Shown here: piece after piece, positions 13,181 to 27,963 of the stretch
How positions within the stretch are numbered: position 1 is the first letter of the stretch
How the letters are laid out: each line of letters starts with the position of its first letter
Assembly (NCBI GenBank): GCA_012295275.1
Contig: CM022677.1
Location: forward strand, 19,034,001-19,098,000
DNA: 64,000 bases
Reading direction: 5' to 3'
DNA from: Chrysomallon squamiferum
Taxonomy: Eukaryota; Animalia; Mollusca
The notes under the pieces: model-generated
What the model saw: only the letters and a program-made list of their open reading frames with translations
Told to the model about the DNA's origin: nothing
The model's database searches: none
Program-made: the position numbers and the translations under genes

Positions 13181-14572
13181 GTAATAATAATAACAACAAT
13201 AACAGTTATGATCATGATGATGATAATAGTTATTATAATAATGATAAAAACAACACAAATAATAATATGAACAATGTAAAATAAACAATTTAAATTAAAA
13301 AAAATAAGTTAAAAATCTACTTTAGACAAATAAAAACTCCATCCACACGCACATGCGCACACACAGACAGACATACACACACACAGACACACACACACAT
13401 GTACACACACACACACACGCACAGACACACACACAACCTTTGCATCCGATTCCTCATTCTCAGGCAGCTTTGTCAGCATTGGAGTTATCTCCCCTGGCTG
13501 GAACTCTTCGTGTGAAGAGAATTTCCTTTGCAGTTGTCAGTCGTGTATACAGCGTCATGAAGTCTGTCTGTCTGTCCTCTTCTTTTCTTCACCATTCTAA
13601 AGTTTTCAGAGAAAGAAAAAGAAAAGAAAAAAAAAATGGCTAGATATACAGAATAATTATCCTGATATATTTATTTATTTAAACTTTTATTAATGAATGA
13701 GCATTAGGAGAGAGAGAAACAAAAATTAATGACTAAAATTTTAACAAATTTAGCGTTAAAGAAAATCTTGCAACATTTTTAGGAATTTAATTATTGTGTG
13801 ATTTTTTAAATGTGCACATTTTAATTATTATTATTATTAACTCTATTATTATTATTATCACTCATTATTATTATTCCTACTATCTTTTCTGAGAATCAGT
13901 AGAAACAGAAAACTCACCATTCTAAGGATAGATTTCTACCCGACTAGAAAGATTTTTAATTTTTAATTTTTATTATATAATGTAGGAAAATTTATAAAAT
14001 AGGGGCATGTGTGAAACTCAAACATTTCTAACCATATACACATCACCCACACACACACACACACAGTCATGCAAACACACACCAGGCACCAAAAGCAGAC
14101 AGCATCGCCAGACAACAAAACAAGAGCATTATTGAGGATAGATCCTGATCCTAGCTATTGCTCAAGCCTAACATTCACACAACATTAAACACAACACAGC
14201 ATCTCAATGTACACACTACAACATCTCACACTACAACATCTCACACTACAACATCACACACTTTGTGCATCTCAGACTAAACGTCTCAGCGTACTTACGT
14301 GCAGAGAAAGGCGAAGAGGCCAACGATGAGGACAGACAGAAGAGAGACGGACACGCCAACAACGATGATGAGCGTCGTGCCAATCATTACAACAAACGAC
14401 GACTTCGTGCTCTGCGACGCTGCAACTAAACAGATGTGTTAGAATGAGCAACTACAACTGAAAACACCAAAAATAAAATATATATAAAATAAATAAAAAT
14501 AATATAAAATAATAATATAAAAATTAATAATTATAAAGATAATAATAATACTAGTACTACTACTACTATTAT

Positions 14573-14631
<59 letters not shown>

Positions 14632-14650
14632 ATAATAATAATATAATATA

Positions 14651-14681
<31 letters not shown>

Positions 14682-15857
14682 CATAATAATAATAATAATA
14701 ATAATAATAAAGATAGTAATAATAAAACTACTACTACTAAACTAATAATAATAAAATAATAATAATATTATAATAATAATAATAATAATAACAACAACAA
14801 CAATAACAATAAATAACCCCAACAGACAAGAAGTGTACCTTTGATTATATGAAAATACATTCTGCATACATTCAGATTATATTTTATTTCTATTTTCCCT
14901 GTCAACATTAATTAATAAAAAACATTGGTAAATAAATTCTGAATACTTCTAAGTTACATTTTATTTTATACATTTTTTATTTAAATTTTTTTTTGTTTTT
15001 GGCAGTTCTTACCCAATTTCAGCACGTAACAACCAACTGAATTTGATATATTAAAAAAAAAAAAATTCTGTACCTCTAAATGATGATGGCCAAAACAAAA
15101 AAAATCCTAACAAGCAAAGTAAGTGAATAATTAATTATTAAACAAAACTGGACCTGTTTTATGAAATATTTTAAATTAACACAACCACAGAGGACTAACA
15201 AACATTCTATCTCTCTCTGTGTGTCTTATAAATCTCACAAACTCATTCCACTGAACAGTTCCTTGGATAGGAGTGTTAGCATAACAATATTTCCTAAAAA
15301 TTGAGGTGTGGCACACACCACTCCCCACAAAAGAAAAAAAAAAGAAAAAATAGGTGATTTTCTCACAACTTCTGGGTAGGTTGTATTAGTATGAAAAATC
15401 TCTCAAGGACTTAGAGGTGTCATGGCCAAAAAATAAAGGCTGGAAAGGACTGCTCCATGTGAAGTTGAGAACTGAAGTAAAACTGTGTTAAGCAGAATGA
15501 AGTAAAATAAACTGTGACTCACTTTTTTCTTTGCCGAGCTGGATGACGTAAAGTTCACTAGGAGAACTTTCCTTGCTGTTCAAGACTGCAGTGACAAAGA
15601 ATGTATACGTCTTGTAAGGTTCCAGTCCAGTTACAACTAAGCTCGTTTTGTTACTGTAAGAGAACATTTTTAAAATCTATTTATATATCTATCTATAGGC
15701 CTCTCTCTCTCTCACTCATTGTGTGTGTGTGTGTGTGTGTGTTTGACAAAGAATGTGTGTGTTTTGTAAGGTTCCAGTCCAGTTACAACTAAGCTTGTTT
15801 TGTTACTGTGAAAGAAAATTTTAAAAATATCTATTTATGTATCTGCCTGTAGGCCTT

Positions 15858-15924
<67 letters not shown>

Positions 15925-16024
15925 AAAGAATGTGTACGTTTTGAAAGGTTCCAGTCCAGTTACAACTAAACTTGTTTTGTTACAGTGAAAGAAAATTTAA
16001 AAAAATCTATTTATATATCTACCT

Positions 16025-16056
<32 letters not shown>

Positions 16057-16163
16057 CAAAGAATATATATGTATTGTAGGGTTCCAGTCTAGTTACAACC
16101 AGACTTGTTTTGTTACTGTAAAAGAAAATTTAAAAAATATCTATTTATATATCTAACTATAGG

Positions 16164-16216
<53 letters not shown>

Positions 16217-16336
16217 CAAAGAATATATATGTATTGTAGGGTTCCAGTCTAGTTACAACCAGACTTGTTTTGTTACTGTAAGAGAAAATTTTAAAATCTA
16301 TATATCTGCCTATACGCCTGTATTTGTGTGTGTGTA

Positions 16337-16372
<36 letters not shown>

Positions 16373-17775
16373 AAAGAATATATATGTTTTCCAGTCTAGT
16401 TACAACCAGACTTGTTTTGTTACTGAAGTATAAAATAACAAACTTACATATATATATATATATATATATCCCTATAGGCCTGTATATATGTCTCCATGTA
16501 TGTATGTATGTATGTATGTATGTATATGGGTCTATATGCATGCATGTATATATGCATTAATGATAAATAGGTAAGCATGGTGTTAATGAATGTATGCATG
16601 CATTCTTTTATTATGTATGAATGTTTGTATATGATTTGTGTGTTTCTGTGTATCTGTATTGTTTTTCTAGTGTGTGTATGTTCTCCTTTTTGTCTCTGTA
16701 TGTGTGTGTTTGGTACATATGTGTGTATGTTGGTGGTAGACTTGCTTCTTGTCCCAATTACTACAAAATAATACAAATCTGTTGACAGAAAACTTGGCCA
16801 ATTATTATATATCTGATGCACAAGTAGATTTTCTCCTTTGTCAAAACTTTGTGGTAGACTTGCCAAACCAGTACAAAACAATATAAATACTGGTTACAGT
16901 GTACATATATTTTGGTTTTATTTACCTTTGTGGTAGACTTGCACCTTGTCAAAACTGAATAAAATAATATAAATACTGGTTACAACTTACATATATTTTG
17001 GTTTTATTTACCTTTGTGGCAGACTTGCTCCTTGTCAAAACTGAATAAAATAATATAAATACCGGGTTACAACTTACATATTCTTTGGTTTTATTTACCT
17101 TTGTGGTAGATTTGCTCCTTGTCAAAACTGAATAAAACAACATAAATACTGGTTACAGTGTACATATACTTTGGTTTTATTTACCTTTGTGGTAGACTTG
17201 CCCCTTTTCAAAACTGAATAAAATAATATAAATACTGGCTAGAGTGTGAATATTTTTTGGTTTTATCTATCTTTGTAGTAGACTTGCTCTTTGTCAAATC
17301 AAAAAAAAAAATATATATATAAACATGGGTTACATGGCTCAGATATATTTTAGTTTTGTTTATCTCTGTGACAGACTTGCTTCTTGTCAAAACTGAATAA
17401 AATAATAAACGCATTACACACCTCTGGCAACATTTAGGCTTCTGCTCCTGGTGGTAGACTTTCACCTTGTCTTTCGTGGTTTCAACCAACTGGTAGCAAA
17501 CGCTGAAAAACGAGACATTTCCCGACTTCGGATACAACCAAGAGAGAAGGACCTGAGTCAAGTCTAGTATCTCGACATTCAGGTCTTGAGGAACAAGGGG
17601 GACGACTGTCTGTGGAGTGTGGAACTTCTGTGTCACCGAGTCTAGTTTACCAGAATTAACTCCCCTGATGATAAGCATGGTTTCGTATGTCTCGCTGGTA
17701 TCTGAAAAAAAAAAGAGAAAAATAAAAAAAATAAAAAAAAAAAAAAAAAAAAAGAAAAAGAATGAAGAAAATGAA

Positions 17776-17835
<60 letters not shown>

Positions 17836-20800
17836 TAAAGATAAAGTAAAAGGAAATGAAACAAAACATAAAAACTAAAACTAATTGGCTTTTTATTTTT
17901 TTTTTTCATTTTAAATCAGAAAAAAAAAATTACGTTTAAAAAAAATGTTAGAGTGTTGAACAGAAAATAAGAGAAGCTAAACAAAATAAAAACTGAAAAT
18001 AAAATAAAAAAAATAAAAATTAAAAAAATCCAAAACATAAAAAAAAAAGTAAAAACAAAATAAATAAAAAAATAAATAATTAAAATAAAAAGGGAATAAA
18101 AAGATACATCTTCTTTCACATATATAAAAAAAAGAGAGATGAACAGAAACTACATTATGTAATTAAAACTTTTTTTAAAAAAAAAAAAAAAATAAACTTT
18201 TTTTGAAAAAAAAAAAAAAACATTTTCAGAGCCGAGTTTGGAATGGGAAATGTTATACTCACTGAGGTTGGTAAACAGATACTTGTGTGAATCGGCACCA
18301 ACGGAATCTTCCCTGACCACGTCGCCATTCACGCTGTTTGTCAGAGTGATGTTGTAGTGGCTGATCTGAGCAACGTCCATGTTCACTGACCACGCCAACA
18401 GGACCGATGTGTCGTTGATGACATCAACGTGCAGCTTTGTTGGTGGAGCTGAAACAATGAATAAAATGTGTGTAATAAAACTCATATCTAATACATGTAA
18501 CAAAACTCATACCAAATATATGTAATAAAACTTATATCAAATATATGTAATTCTATTTGACATGTATTTGATATATTGATATATAAAAACTCATTTACCA
18601 AAATATCTAATAAAAAACTCATATCAAATATATCATAAATATATGTAATAAAACTAGTATCAAATGTATATAATAAAACCCATATCTATATAAAGAAATA
18701 TATGTACAAAACTAAAACTATGAACAAAAATCATAATAAAAAAAAATGCAATAAAAATAAACATTAGATATATATAATAAAATTAGCATATCAAATATAG
18801 GTAAGAAAACTTGTATAAAACTTGGATCAAATCTAAAGTACTATGAAATTAAACTACTATCAAATATATGTTGTAAACCTAATAACAATAATATGTAAAA
18901 ATACTCGGTCCAAATATCAACATCAAAAAAACATAACAAACACACACACACGAAAAAAAAAAAAATAAAAAAATCAAACTATAATAATAATAATAATGAA
19001 ATAAAAATACAAATAATGACCAAGTCAGGTATAACTAATAAACTACAGACAGAGTAAAAAAAAAAAGAAGATATTTGTCATTTCATACTGCTTCAGCAAT
19101 AACAGATAAAAACACAAAGTTATTTCAAAATGACAAGGGTGGGGTTGAGTTGGGTTGGGTAGGGGTGGGGATCAAACTCATCAGATCATGACACGGAATG
19201 ACCTTGAATTGCTCGTGTCTTCACACTTACTTGTTGGAAGTGTTTGTACGATGGTGCTGTTGCTGATGCTGGTGCCCTTTTTGTTGTAGGACTTCACCTC
19301 CACTGTGTAGTTGGTGAATGGCTCGAGGTTGACGAGGGTGATGTTGTTGGAGTTGGTGAACACGGTGTGCTTCCCTCCAACGCCTGCTCACAAACAAAAC
19401 AGGTTGAGTAAAACAGTTTGAATAAAACAGTTAAAGCTGATTAAAAATTGGTAAATTTTTTCTATCATCTGTTATTGGATTTTACTTGTTTAATGATGTT
19501 TTAATATAAGATATTTCATTTATAAACATTTGTTTAATTAGCTGAATTCACTAAAGCCAAACTGATTAATTTTCTGTCATCAGTTATCAAATATAATTTA
19601 TAAACATTTGTTTAATAACAGAAAGAGAAAGACAAACATCACCAGAAGATGCTAACTACTTTTCATGTTTTTAAAAAAATATAAAATATTTGTTTAATGA
19701 AAACATACTGATTAATTTTCTAGTACCATCCACTGAAGGTCAAACATTTTAATACATTGATTAACTGTTCTACAGCACAATATATTGATTAATTAGTTTG
19801 GAATTAAAAGTATGGTGCTATTTCTAGTAAAATAAATTAAATCTCTGCTATTAGCTCTTTAATAACTGCACTGATGTTCCTAGACTGATTTTCTGTCATC
19901 ATCTGCAGGATCGTTTAGGATTCCACTGAACCAAAAATGTTTTTTATTCACTCTTGAGTGAACCATTCAACCCCAAATAATTTTATTCAAACTTGAATGA
20001 ACAATACACTCCTACCAGTAATATATTCATCCAACCTTTGTAAAGCAATTCATCCTCGAAAATATTTCATCCACCAATGAGTGAAAAACTGAACAAAATT
20101 TATTTTATTTATTATTTAGTGAATTACGGAACAAAACTTTTTTCATCTACCATTTACTGAATTATTCATCTTCAAGTTAACCAAAATCCTCAAAAATAAT
20201 TTCACCAACACAAAAAAAAATATTTTTATTTACCCTCAGATGAACCATTAATCCCCCAAAAACAATTTTTTTCACCCTTGGGTGAACGGCGACTCGTTCA
20301 TCTTCAAAATAATTTCATTCACCTTTTGGTGAACTAACTGGTCACCCTTTCAGTGAGGCATTCAAGTGGTTCAAAGAGGAATGACTGCAATGAGGCAAGT
20401 GACACATACTTACTTCCCACTTTGTGGTAGTAGACGGCTGTGGTGAGGATCTCTTTCTTCGAGTCTATGCCGTGCTGCTCCCACCTCAGGAAGATGCTGG
20501 TGTCTGACACCGCCCGAACTTCTGTCACCACCGGTGCGGGCGGGACTCCGTCTGCAACGCACAGAGAGAGAGAGACAGTCAATGTTTGCCATGGAAACGG
20601 AGGTAGGTTGTCGTGGGGAAAAAACAAACAATGTAATTTTGTCAAAGGAAATAAGGGTTAATTTTGTCATAAGATAAGTTTGTCATGAATAGAAAGGTGT
20701 ACTGTGAAGGAAAGAAAAATAGGTGTGTTGTCAAGGAAACAAAAAGTAAGCTGTCAACAAAAGCAGCATTTATCTGTTATGTGTGTTTCTATCAGTCACT

Positions 20801-22779
20801 GGGGTTTGAAAAGATCATGTGTCTGCATGAAGACGTGTCTTTTCATGAAAGATTTACAGGCACAATGAACATTCATATTGATATATGCACTTTGTTATCT
20901 CTCTCTCTCTCTCTCCATCTCTCTCCCTCCCCCACTTCCTCCCTCCCTCCATCCATCCCTATAATCCATAAATCTAAATATTTTTATATTCTTATTATTA
21001 TTATTTTTATTATTTTTTACCTCTGATGAAAATCTGGAGACGGGCAGTTTTAATGTGCTGTCCCGCGATGTTGCTGGCCAGACACTGGTAGTAGCCAGAG
21101 TCCTCCAACCCAGCGTTGATGATGTTGAGGACATTTTTCGAGTTTATCTTAAAAAAAAAACAGAGCAACATTTGTTTTTTTATTTTCATTTCTGATGACG
21201 ACGATGATGATAATATTATTAATAATTATTATTTTAATAATAATAATGATAATAATAATAATGATGATGATGGTGATGATGTAATAATATTGATACTACT
21301 AATGATGACGATGGTGATAATAATAATGATGACAATAATGATGACGATGATTATCTTGATAATATATTAATAACAAGTATTTTAATAATGATAATAATAA
21401 TGATGATGTAAATATTAAGAATGAGAATGACGATGATGATAATTATAATCATGATGATGATAATGAAAATAATTATTATAATCATACTCATGATATATGA
21501 ACTGCATAATTTTTTTTTTTTTTAAATGTTTTACATGTGTGTGTGTATGTGTGTGTGTGTGCATGGGATTTCTATGCATATACCTATCTGTGTATGCTTA
21601 TGTGTATAGGTGTCATTGTTGTAAAATAAATAGCCATAGAAGCTTTATCAATAAAAAGGTAATGCAGTACAGTTAGAAATACACAGGTAATTGTTTTAAA
21701 AATACAGGTAAGACAGGTGTCGAGATCTCACCTGGAACTTATTTCTGTTTGTCACCTTCTTCCCGTTAAAAAACCAGGTAATTTCAGGTGGAGGAAAACC
21801 TTCAGCTTCACAGTTAAAAATGATTATTCTGTCTACCGGCCACTTGTGAGAGTCTAGCTCCGACTTTATCACTGGGGGACCTGAGTAATAACAATAATAA
21901 CAATAATAATAATAATAGCAATAATAATAATAACAATAATAACAATAATAACAATAACAATAAAAATAATAATAACAATAATAATAACAATAATAACAAT
22001 AACAGTAACATTAATAATAATAATAACAATAACAATAATAATGATCATGATAGTAATAATAATAATAATAGTATTAAATTAATAATAACAGGTATTAATA
22101 ATGGTGACAGTAATCACAGTATTAGTAATAATAACAGTAATATTAATAATAATAAAAATAATAATAATAATAATATAATAATGTAAGTAGTAGTAATAAT
22201 AATAAAAATGATATGATGATAATGATGATAATGATAATGATAATAACGGAATGATAATAATAATGATAACGATAATGATAATAATAAGAATTATAATCAT
22301 AAGAATTACAGAGAGAGTAAAAAGAGACACAGACAAATAAGAAGACGAAGATCCTAAAATAAATTCTTACACTGTCAATAAGGACATAAAAACCACAAAA
22401 AACAAATTAGAAAAAATTAAATATTAAATAAAAGAAATTATAAAAAGTTTAAAAAAATATATAAATTTAATTTTTTTTTTTAAAGTAATTATATTTACTA
22501 AGAAATAAAGCAATGTGTGTTTTTTTCTCGTGACACTTACTTAAAACTGTGAGGTTGACGAATGTTTTCAGATCTTGGAAGAACGGACTCTTGGACAGAC
22601 AGACGTAGATACCACTGTCTGAACTCTGCACGTTTATTATCTTCAAGTTGCTTCGGCCAAACGGGAAAACGTAGCCTGGTCGAAGAGGTTTCCCATCTGT
22701 AACGTTAATGATAATAATAAGAGTTGTGACAGCAGCAATAGTAGTAACAGTAACAGTAGTAGTAGTAGTAGTAGTAGTG

Positions 22780-22812
<33 letters not shown>

Positions 22813-25800
22813 ACAGCAGTAGTAGTAGTAGTGGTAGTAGTAACAGCAGCAGCAGTAGTAGTAGTAGTAGTAACAGCAGTAGTAGTAGTAGTAGTAGTAA
22901 CAGCAGTAGTGGTAGTAGTGGTAGTAATATTAATATTAATAATAACTGGTGATAGCAGCAATAGTAGTAACTAGTAGTAGTAGTAGTAGTAGTATAGTTG
23001 TAGTAGTAGCAGTAGTAGCAGCAACAATATTTGTATTAATAGTAGTTGTAGTATTAACTTTAGTAGTGGTAATGATAGTAGTAATAGAAGTAATTGTTGT
23101 AGCAGTAGCAGTAGTAACAGCAGTAGTAGTAATAGCAGTGGTAATAGAATGGTAGTGATGGTATTATTAATAGTAGCACTGATAGTAGTAGTATTTATAG
23201 TATTAGTTGTAGTAGTAGAAGTAGCAGTAATACTAGTATTAATAGTGGTAGTAATGGTAATATTAATAGTAGTAGTGGTAGTAGTAGTAGTTGTTCCAGT
23301 AGTAGTAGTAATAGTAACAATAATAACAGTAGTAATGGTAGTATTAATGGAGTAGTGGTGGTAGTTGTAGAGTTGAAAGTAGTGGTAGAAACAACAGTAG
23401 TAGTAATAGTAGTTATAGTTTTAACAGTTGTAGTTGTAATTGTAACAGGGGTAGTCATAGTAACAATAATAAAATAATTATAGTAATATCAGTAGTAATT
23501 GTCATTGTGTGATATGCTGTCAATACAAATAGACAGCCATCTGTTGAAATAAAGGTAGTAGTAGTTGTTGTAAATAGTGGTGGTTCTAATAAAATATTAT
23601 GATATTGATTGATGTTGTTGCTACAACTGAATTGATATAGTAGTAAATGTACCATGAAATAACAATAATGGTTGTGGCAGAGGTGACAAAAATAACAAAA
23701 GTAGGCTGCATATAGTAACATTAGCAATAGTAATGACTATATTTTGAAAAAAGGAGGTAACTGTAATGACACAAAGGGAGATAACCATTTATTAACAAGG
23801 AAGATAACTTTAAGTGACAAGAAGGATACAAACACAATTTCTTAAAAGACAGACAACAGCATAATCACAAAAGGAAAACAATTTGCTCCTGAAAACGTTA
23901 TAAATGAAACCAAGGGAGATAAATGGAAGATTCGTTAAAAAAAAGAAAAGAAAGGAGATGACTGCATACTGACCGAATCTGTACCAGGTGATGTTGGTCT
24001 GTGGTTGGCTGTCTACCACGCACTCGAGAAGCGCCATCTCACCTTGCGACACAGTTATGTTCCCTGATGAACCCAGAAGATGAGGTCGTCTGTTGCGTTT
24101 TGCTGGAAACAAAAAAATTTTAAATGACTTACGTCTCTCAAATAGAAATGTTATAAATAAAGTGTGCTAGCAGTTACATTAATGAATGAACAGGGTAAGG
24201 AAGGTTTTTATAGGATCTAGTTATTATTTTATTGAATCATCTATCATCATTAAGAACAGGGTAAAAAAGAAGACTTACGTCTTTAAAAATTCAAATGTTA
24301 TTAAGAAATTGATTCATCTAACATTAATGAATGAACAGGGTAAAAAAGGTCTTTAAAGATTCAAGTTATTATTTTGTTCATTTGATTCATCTATCATCAT
24401 TTAAAATGAAGGGTAAAAGGTCTTTTAAAGGATCTAGTTATTATTTTATTCATTTGGGGATCTATCATCATTATGAAAAGGGTAAAAATTTAAAAGACTT
24501 ACGTCTCAAATAAAATAAAGTGTGCCTGCAGTTCTTTGAACGATGTCCAAAGATTTAATATGGTATTATTTTATTCATTCATCTATCATCATTAAATACA
24601 AGCACAGTATAATAGTGGTAATACTGTAGTGTAAGATATGACATGATTTATACCTTTTGCAATTAGATTTGAGATATTGTGTCTATGGCAAAATGATCAC
24701 TGTTATTTTATTTTATTTATTTATTTATTTATTTATTTTATTTTATTTTTTTTATTTTATTTTATTTTATTTTATTTTATTTTATTTTATTATTTCTTGG
24801 TCCACCCTAGAAAAGACTTTAGACAGAAAACTGGGGAGCCTTGTACACTAAACAAAAATAAAAAACTACAGATAAATGGTCGGTCCTTGTTATCTTTTAA
24901 CTCTACTGTTTTATTTTCTTACACTTCATTATTAATAAAGACTGGACAGCACAAAGGAAAACAAAACTTATCTTGGAAATTAACAAAAATATTTGTTCAA
25001 CCTGTCATTGTTAACCTCTGATTTTTCAGTATCTCCTAGGTTAAAATGTTGTACTATGACAGAAATGAACTTATTGTTTTGTTATGTAATGTAGTTAGAA
25101 GCATCTAAAATCAGTTGAATACTTTTGATTTAAGACATATCATAACATGGTTCCAGACTGAGTTAAGTAGATCACTGAAGTATCATTTTAAAGTTTTTTA
25201 AACTGAAAAACTAAAAAACTCCAAACTGAAATTTTTTAATTCGTCTCTTGATTTTGAAAGAAACTTATGATAAAAGTAAATGTTGACATTAAAAAAGATG
25301 CTGACAGTAAAAGTGAAGATGCAGTAAGAAAAGCTGACAGTAAAAGTGAGGATGCAGTCAGAAAAGCTGACAGTAAAAGTTGAGATGCAGTAAGAAAAGC
25401 TGACAGAAAGAAGCTAAATGAGATGCTGACAGTAATAAAGAAGCTGACAATAAAAGAAAAGCTGACATTAAGAAAAAACATTGGTGTGAAAGTCAAGACA
25501 CAGTAAAAAAGGCTGACATCAGGGTGCAATATCTGACAGACAGTGAGCAACACACAGACAGACAGACAGACAGATATTTACAGCAAGCAAGAGATTGACA
25601 AACACAGAGAATCAGCAGCAGACTGACAAAGTTATGTTGTCAGTGAGTAAGTTGACAAAGGTACACTGACAATGAAGTGCAGGTCTGACAGACACTGATA
25701 GTAAACAGTAGGATAACTGACATTCATTGTGAGCATCAGGTTGACAGACACTGACAGTCAGCAACAGGCTGACAAATGCTGACAGCGAACAAGAGGTCGA

Positions 25801-27146
25801 CAAAAAAAAACACACGCTGACATCAGTACGTTGACAGATCGGTGTCAGCAACAGTTTTGAAAAAAAACAAAAAAACAAAAAAACAACAACAACCAGAAAG
25901 TGAGCAGGACACTGACAGACAACAGTGAGCAGGACGCTGAGAGTAAAGAGAAAGAGAGGGACTCACTTCTGTGCACTGTGAGCTCGGCTTCGCGGCTGTG
26001 CAAAATGTGAATCATGTCGATTTCGTCGGGCAGGTTGTGCAGCTCACCTCGCGATGCGATGCAGCGGTATTTACCTGCATCCGACTCCTCCAGCTCATTA
26101 ACCTGCAGCACACCTGAGGGCAGAGTGGTGTACCTGAAAGATGAAGAAGAAGGAATAAAAAACAACATAAATTGTAATGTACCGGTATTTATATATGATA
26201 CAGACAGACACACACACTATTATATTGTAATTAGTTTTTTGTGTGTGATTTTGGTTCGTGTATGTTTGTGTGTGGTCTTTTGTGTACAGACAAAATGGAT
26301 GGTTGGATGGGTGGATGGATGGACAGATGTTATGTATAGATATCTGTCTGTCTGTCTGTCTGTCTGTGTGTAGGTGCATGCATGAATGTACTGATATGTG
26401 GACCTATATATGGAGTCTTAACGTAACAGTAAAGTAAAAAAATATATATATATTTTTTTCTTCTTTTCACTTTACTGTTACTATATAATTATATATATAT
26501 ATATATATTTGTTTTTACTTTACTGTTACTATATATATATATATAAAGAAGAAACACATCAATTTATGTGTGTCTTAGTAATATAGGAACATGGATAAGT
26601 TTTTCAGTATTGTGTATCTCTATGTATGGGTGTATTTATGAAGTCACCTAATGGTAAAGTTGAGTTACACAGACAAATATACATCACGCATTCACATTAC
26701 TTCAGTGTTCCTTTTGCCATTTTTTTGGCCATAGTGATTAGAAAGGAACAGTATTAATAACAATGAAATGATTTTGGTTTTGTTTTTTTGACAGTGAGAG
26801 GATGATCAATTGACAGAAACAAAACACACACATACACAGACAGACAGACACACACACACACACAGACAGACAGACAGACAGACAGACAGACTTACTTGTT
26901 ACCGTGCTGCGTAATGCTCTGCTGGTTTTTCTGCCAGGTGTAAATGGGGGGAGGTATAGTTTTAATGACGCACTGAAACCTGGCCACGCCTCCTACATAG
27001 CCCACTACATCAGTGGGCTCAGTACAGAAATTCTTGGCCATACCTGAAAAAAGAGAGACAAGTAAGTAAGTAAGTAAGTAAGTTTGTAAGTAAGTAAGTA
27101 AGAAAGTAAGTAAGTAAGTTTGTAACTAAGTAAGTAAGTAAGTAAG

Positions 27147-27182
<36 letters not shown>

Positions 27183-27928
27183 TAAAAGTAAGTAAAATTT
27201 GTAAATAAATGTAAATATGTATGTAAGTGTGTATGTATGTATGTAAGTAAGTATGTAAGTAAATATGTAAAAAGTAAAGTAAAAGTAAATATGTATGTAA
27301 GTAACTACGTAAGTAAGTATGTAAAGTAAGTAAAATGTAACATACATAAGTATGTATGTATGTAAAGTAAAAGTAAGCAAGCAAGCAAATAAATACGACG
27401 TTTGTAAGTTTGTATGTAAGTATGTAAGTATGCAGTAAGTAAAAGTATGTACATATACATATATATATATAAAATAAAGTAAGTAAGTAAGAAATAAACA
27501 ATTAAATAAATAAATAATTAAATAAACAATTAAATAAATAAATAAATAAATAAATAGATAGATAGATAAATAAATAACCAAACACTTGCCTAAAAATATA
27601 TGCTATAAAAATTGCCGAATATATCAGCATCTTTTCTGTTCTTTATTTATGTTAATAGCACGTAAACCAACATGATAACAATAATAATAATAACCACAAC
27701 ATAAATAAATAAAATAAAATAAAACAGAGACTGATAGATATCCAGAAAAATAAAATAAAATAAAACAAAATAAAATAAAATTAATAAACAAAACAAACAT
27801 AGTTGCCTAAAAATATGCTTTAAAAATTGACAAATTATATCAGCATCATTTTACATTTTTATTTGTATCAACAGCAGATGAACCACAACATTAACAACAA
27901 TAATCACAATAACAGCAATAACGATAAC

Positions 27929-27963
<35 letters not shown>

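Noticed and set aside
22700-23460. Poly-V/poly-T/poly-L ORFs, and similar ones at 10309-10671, 30288-30836, 49888-50133 and 52946-53554
   Set aside because: These are translations of intronic (TAG)n/(TAA)n/(CT)n microsatellites.
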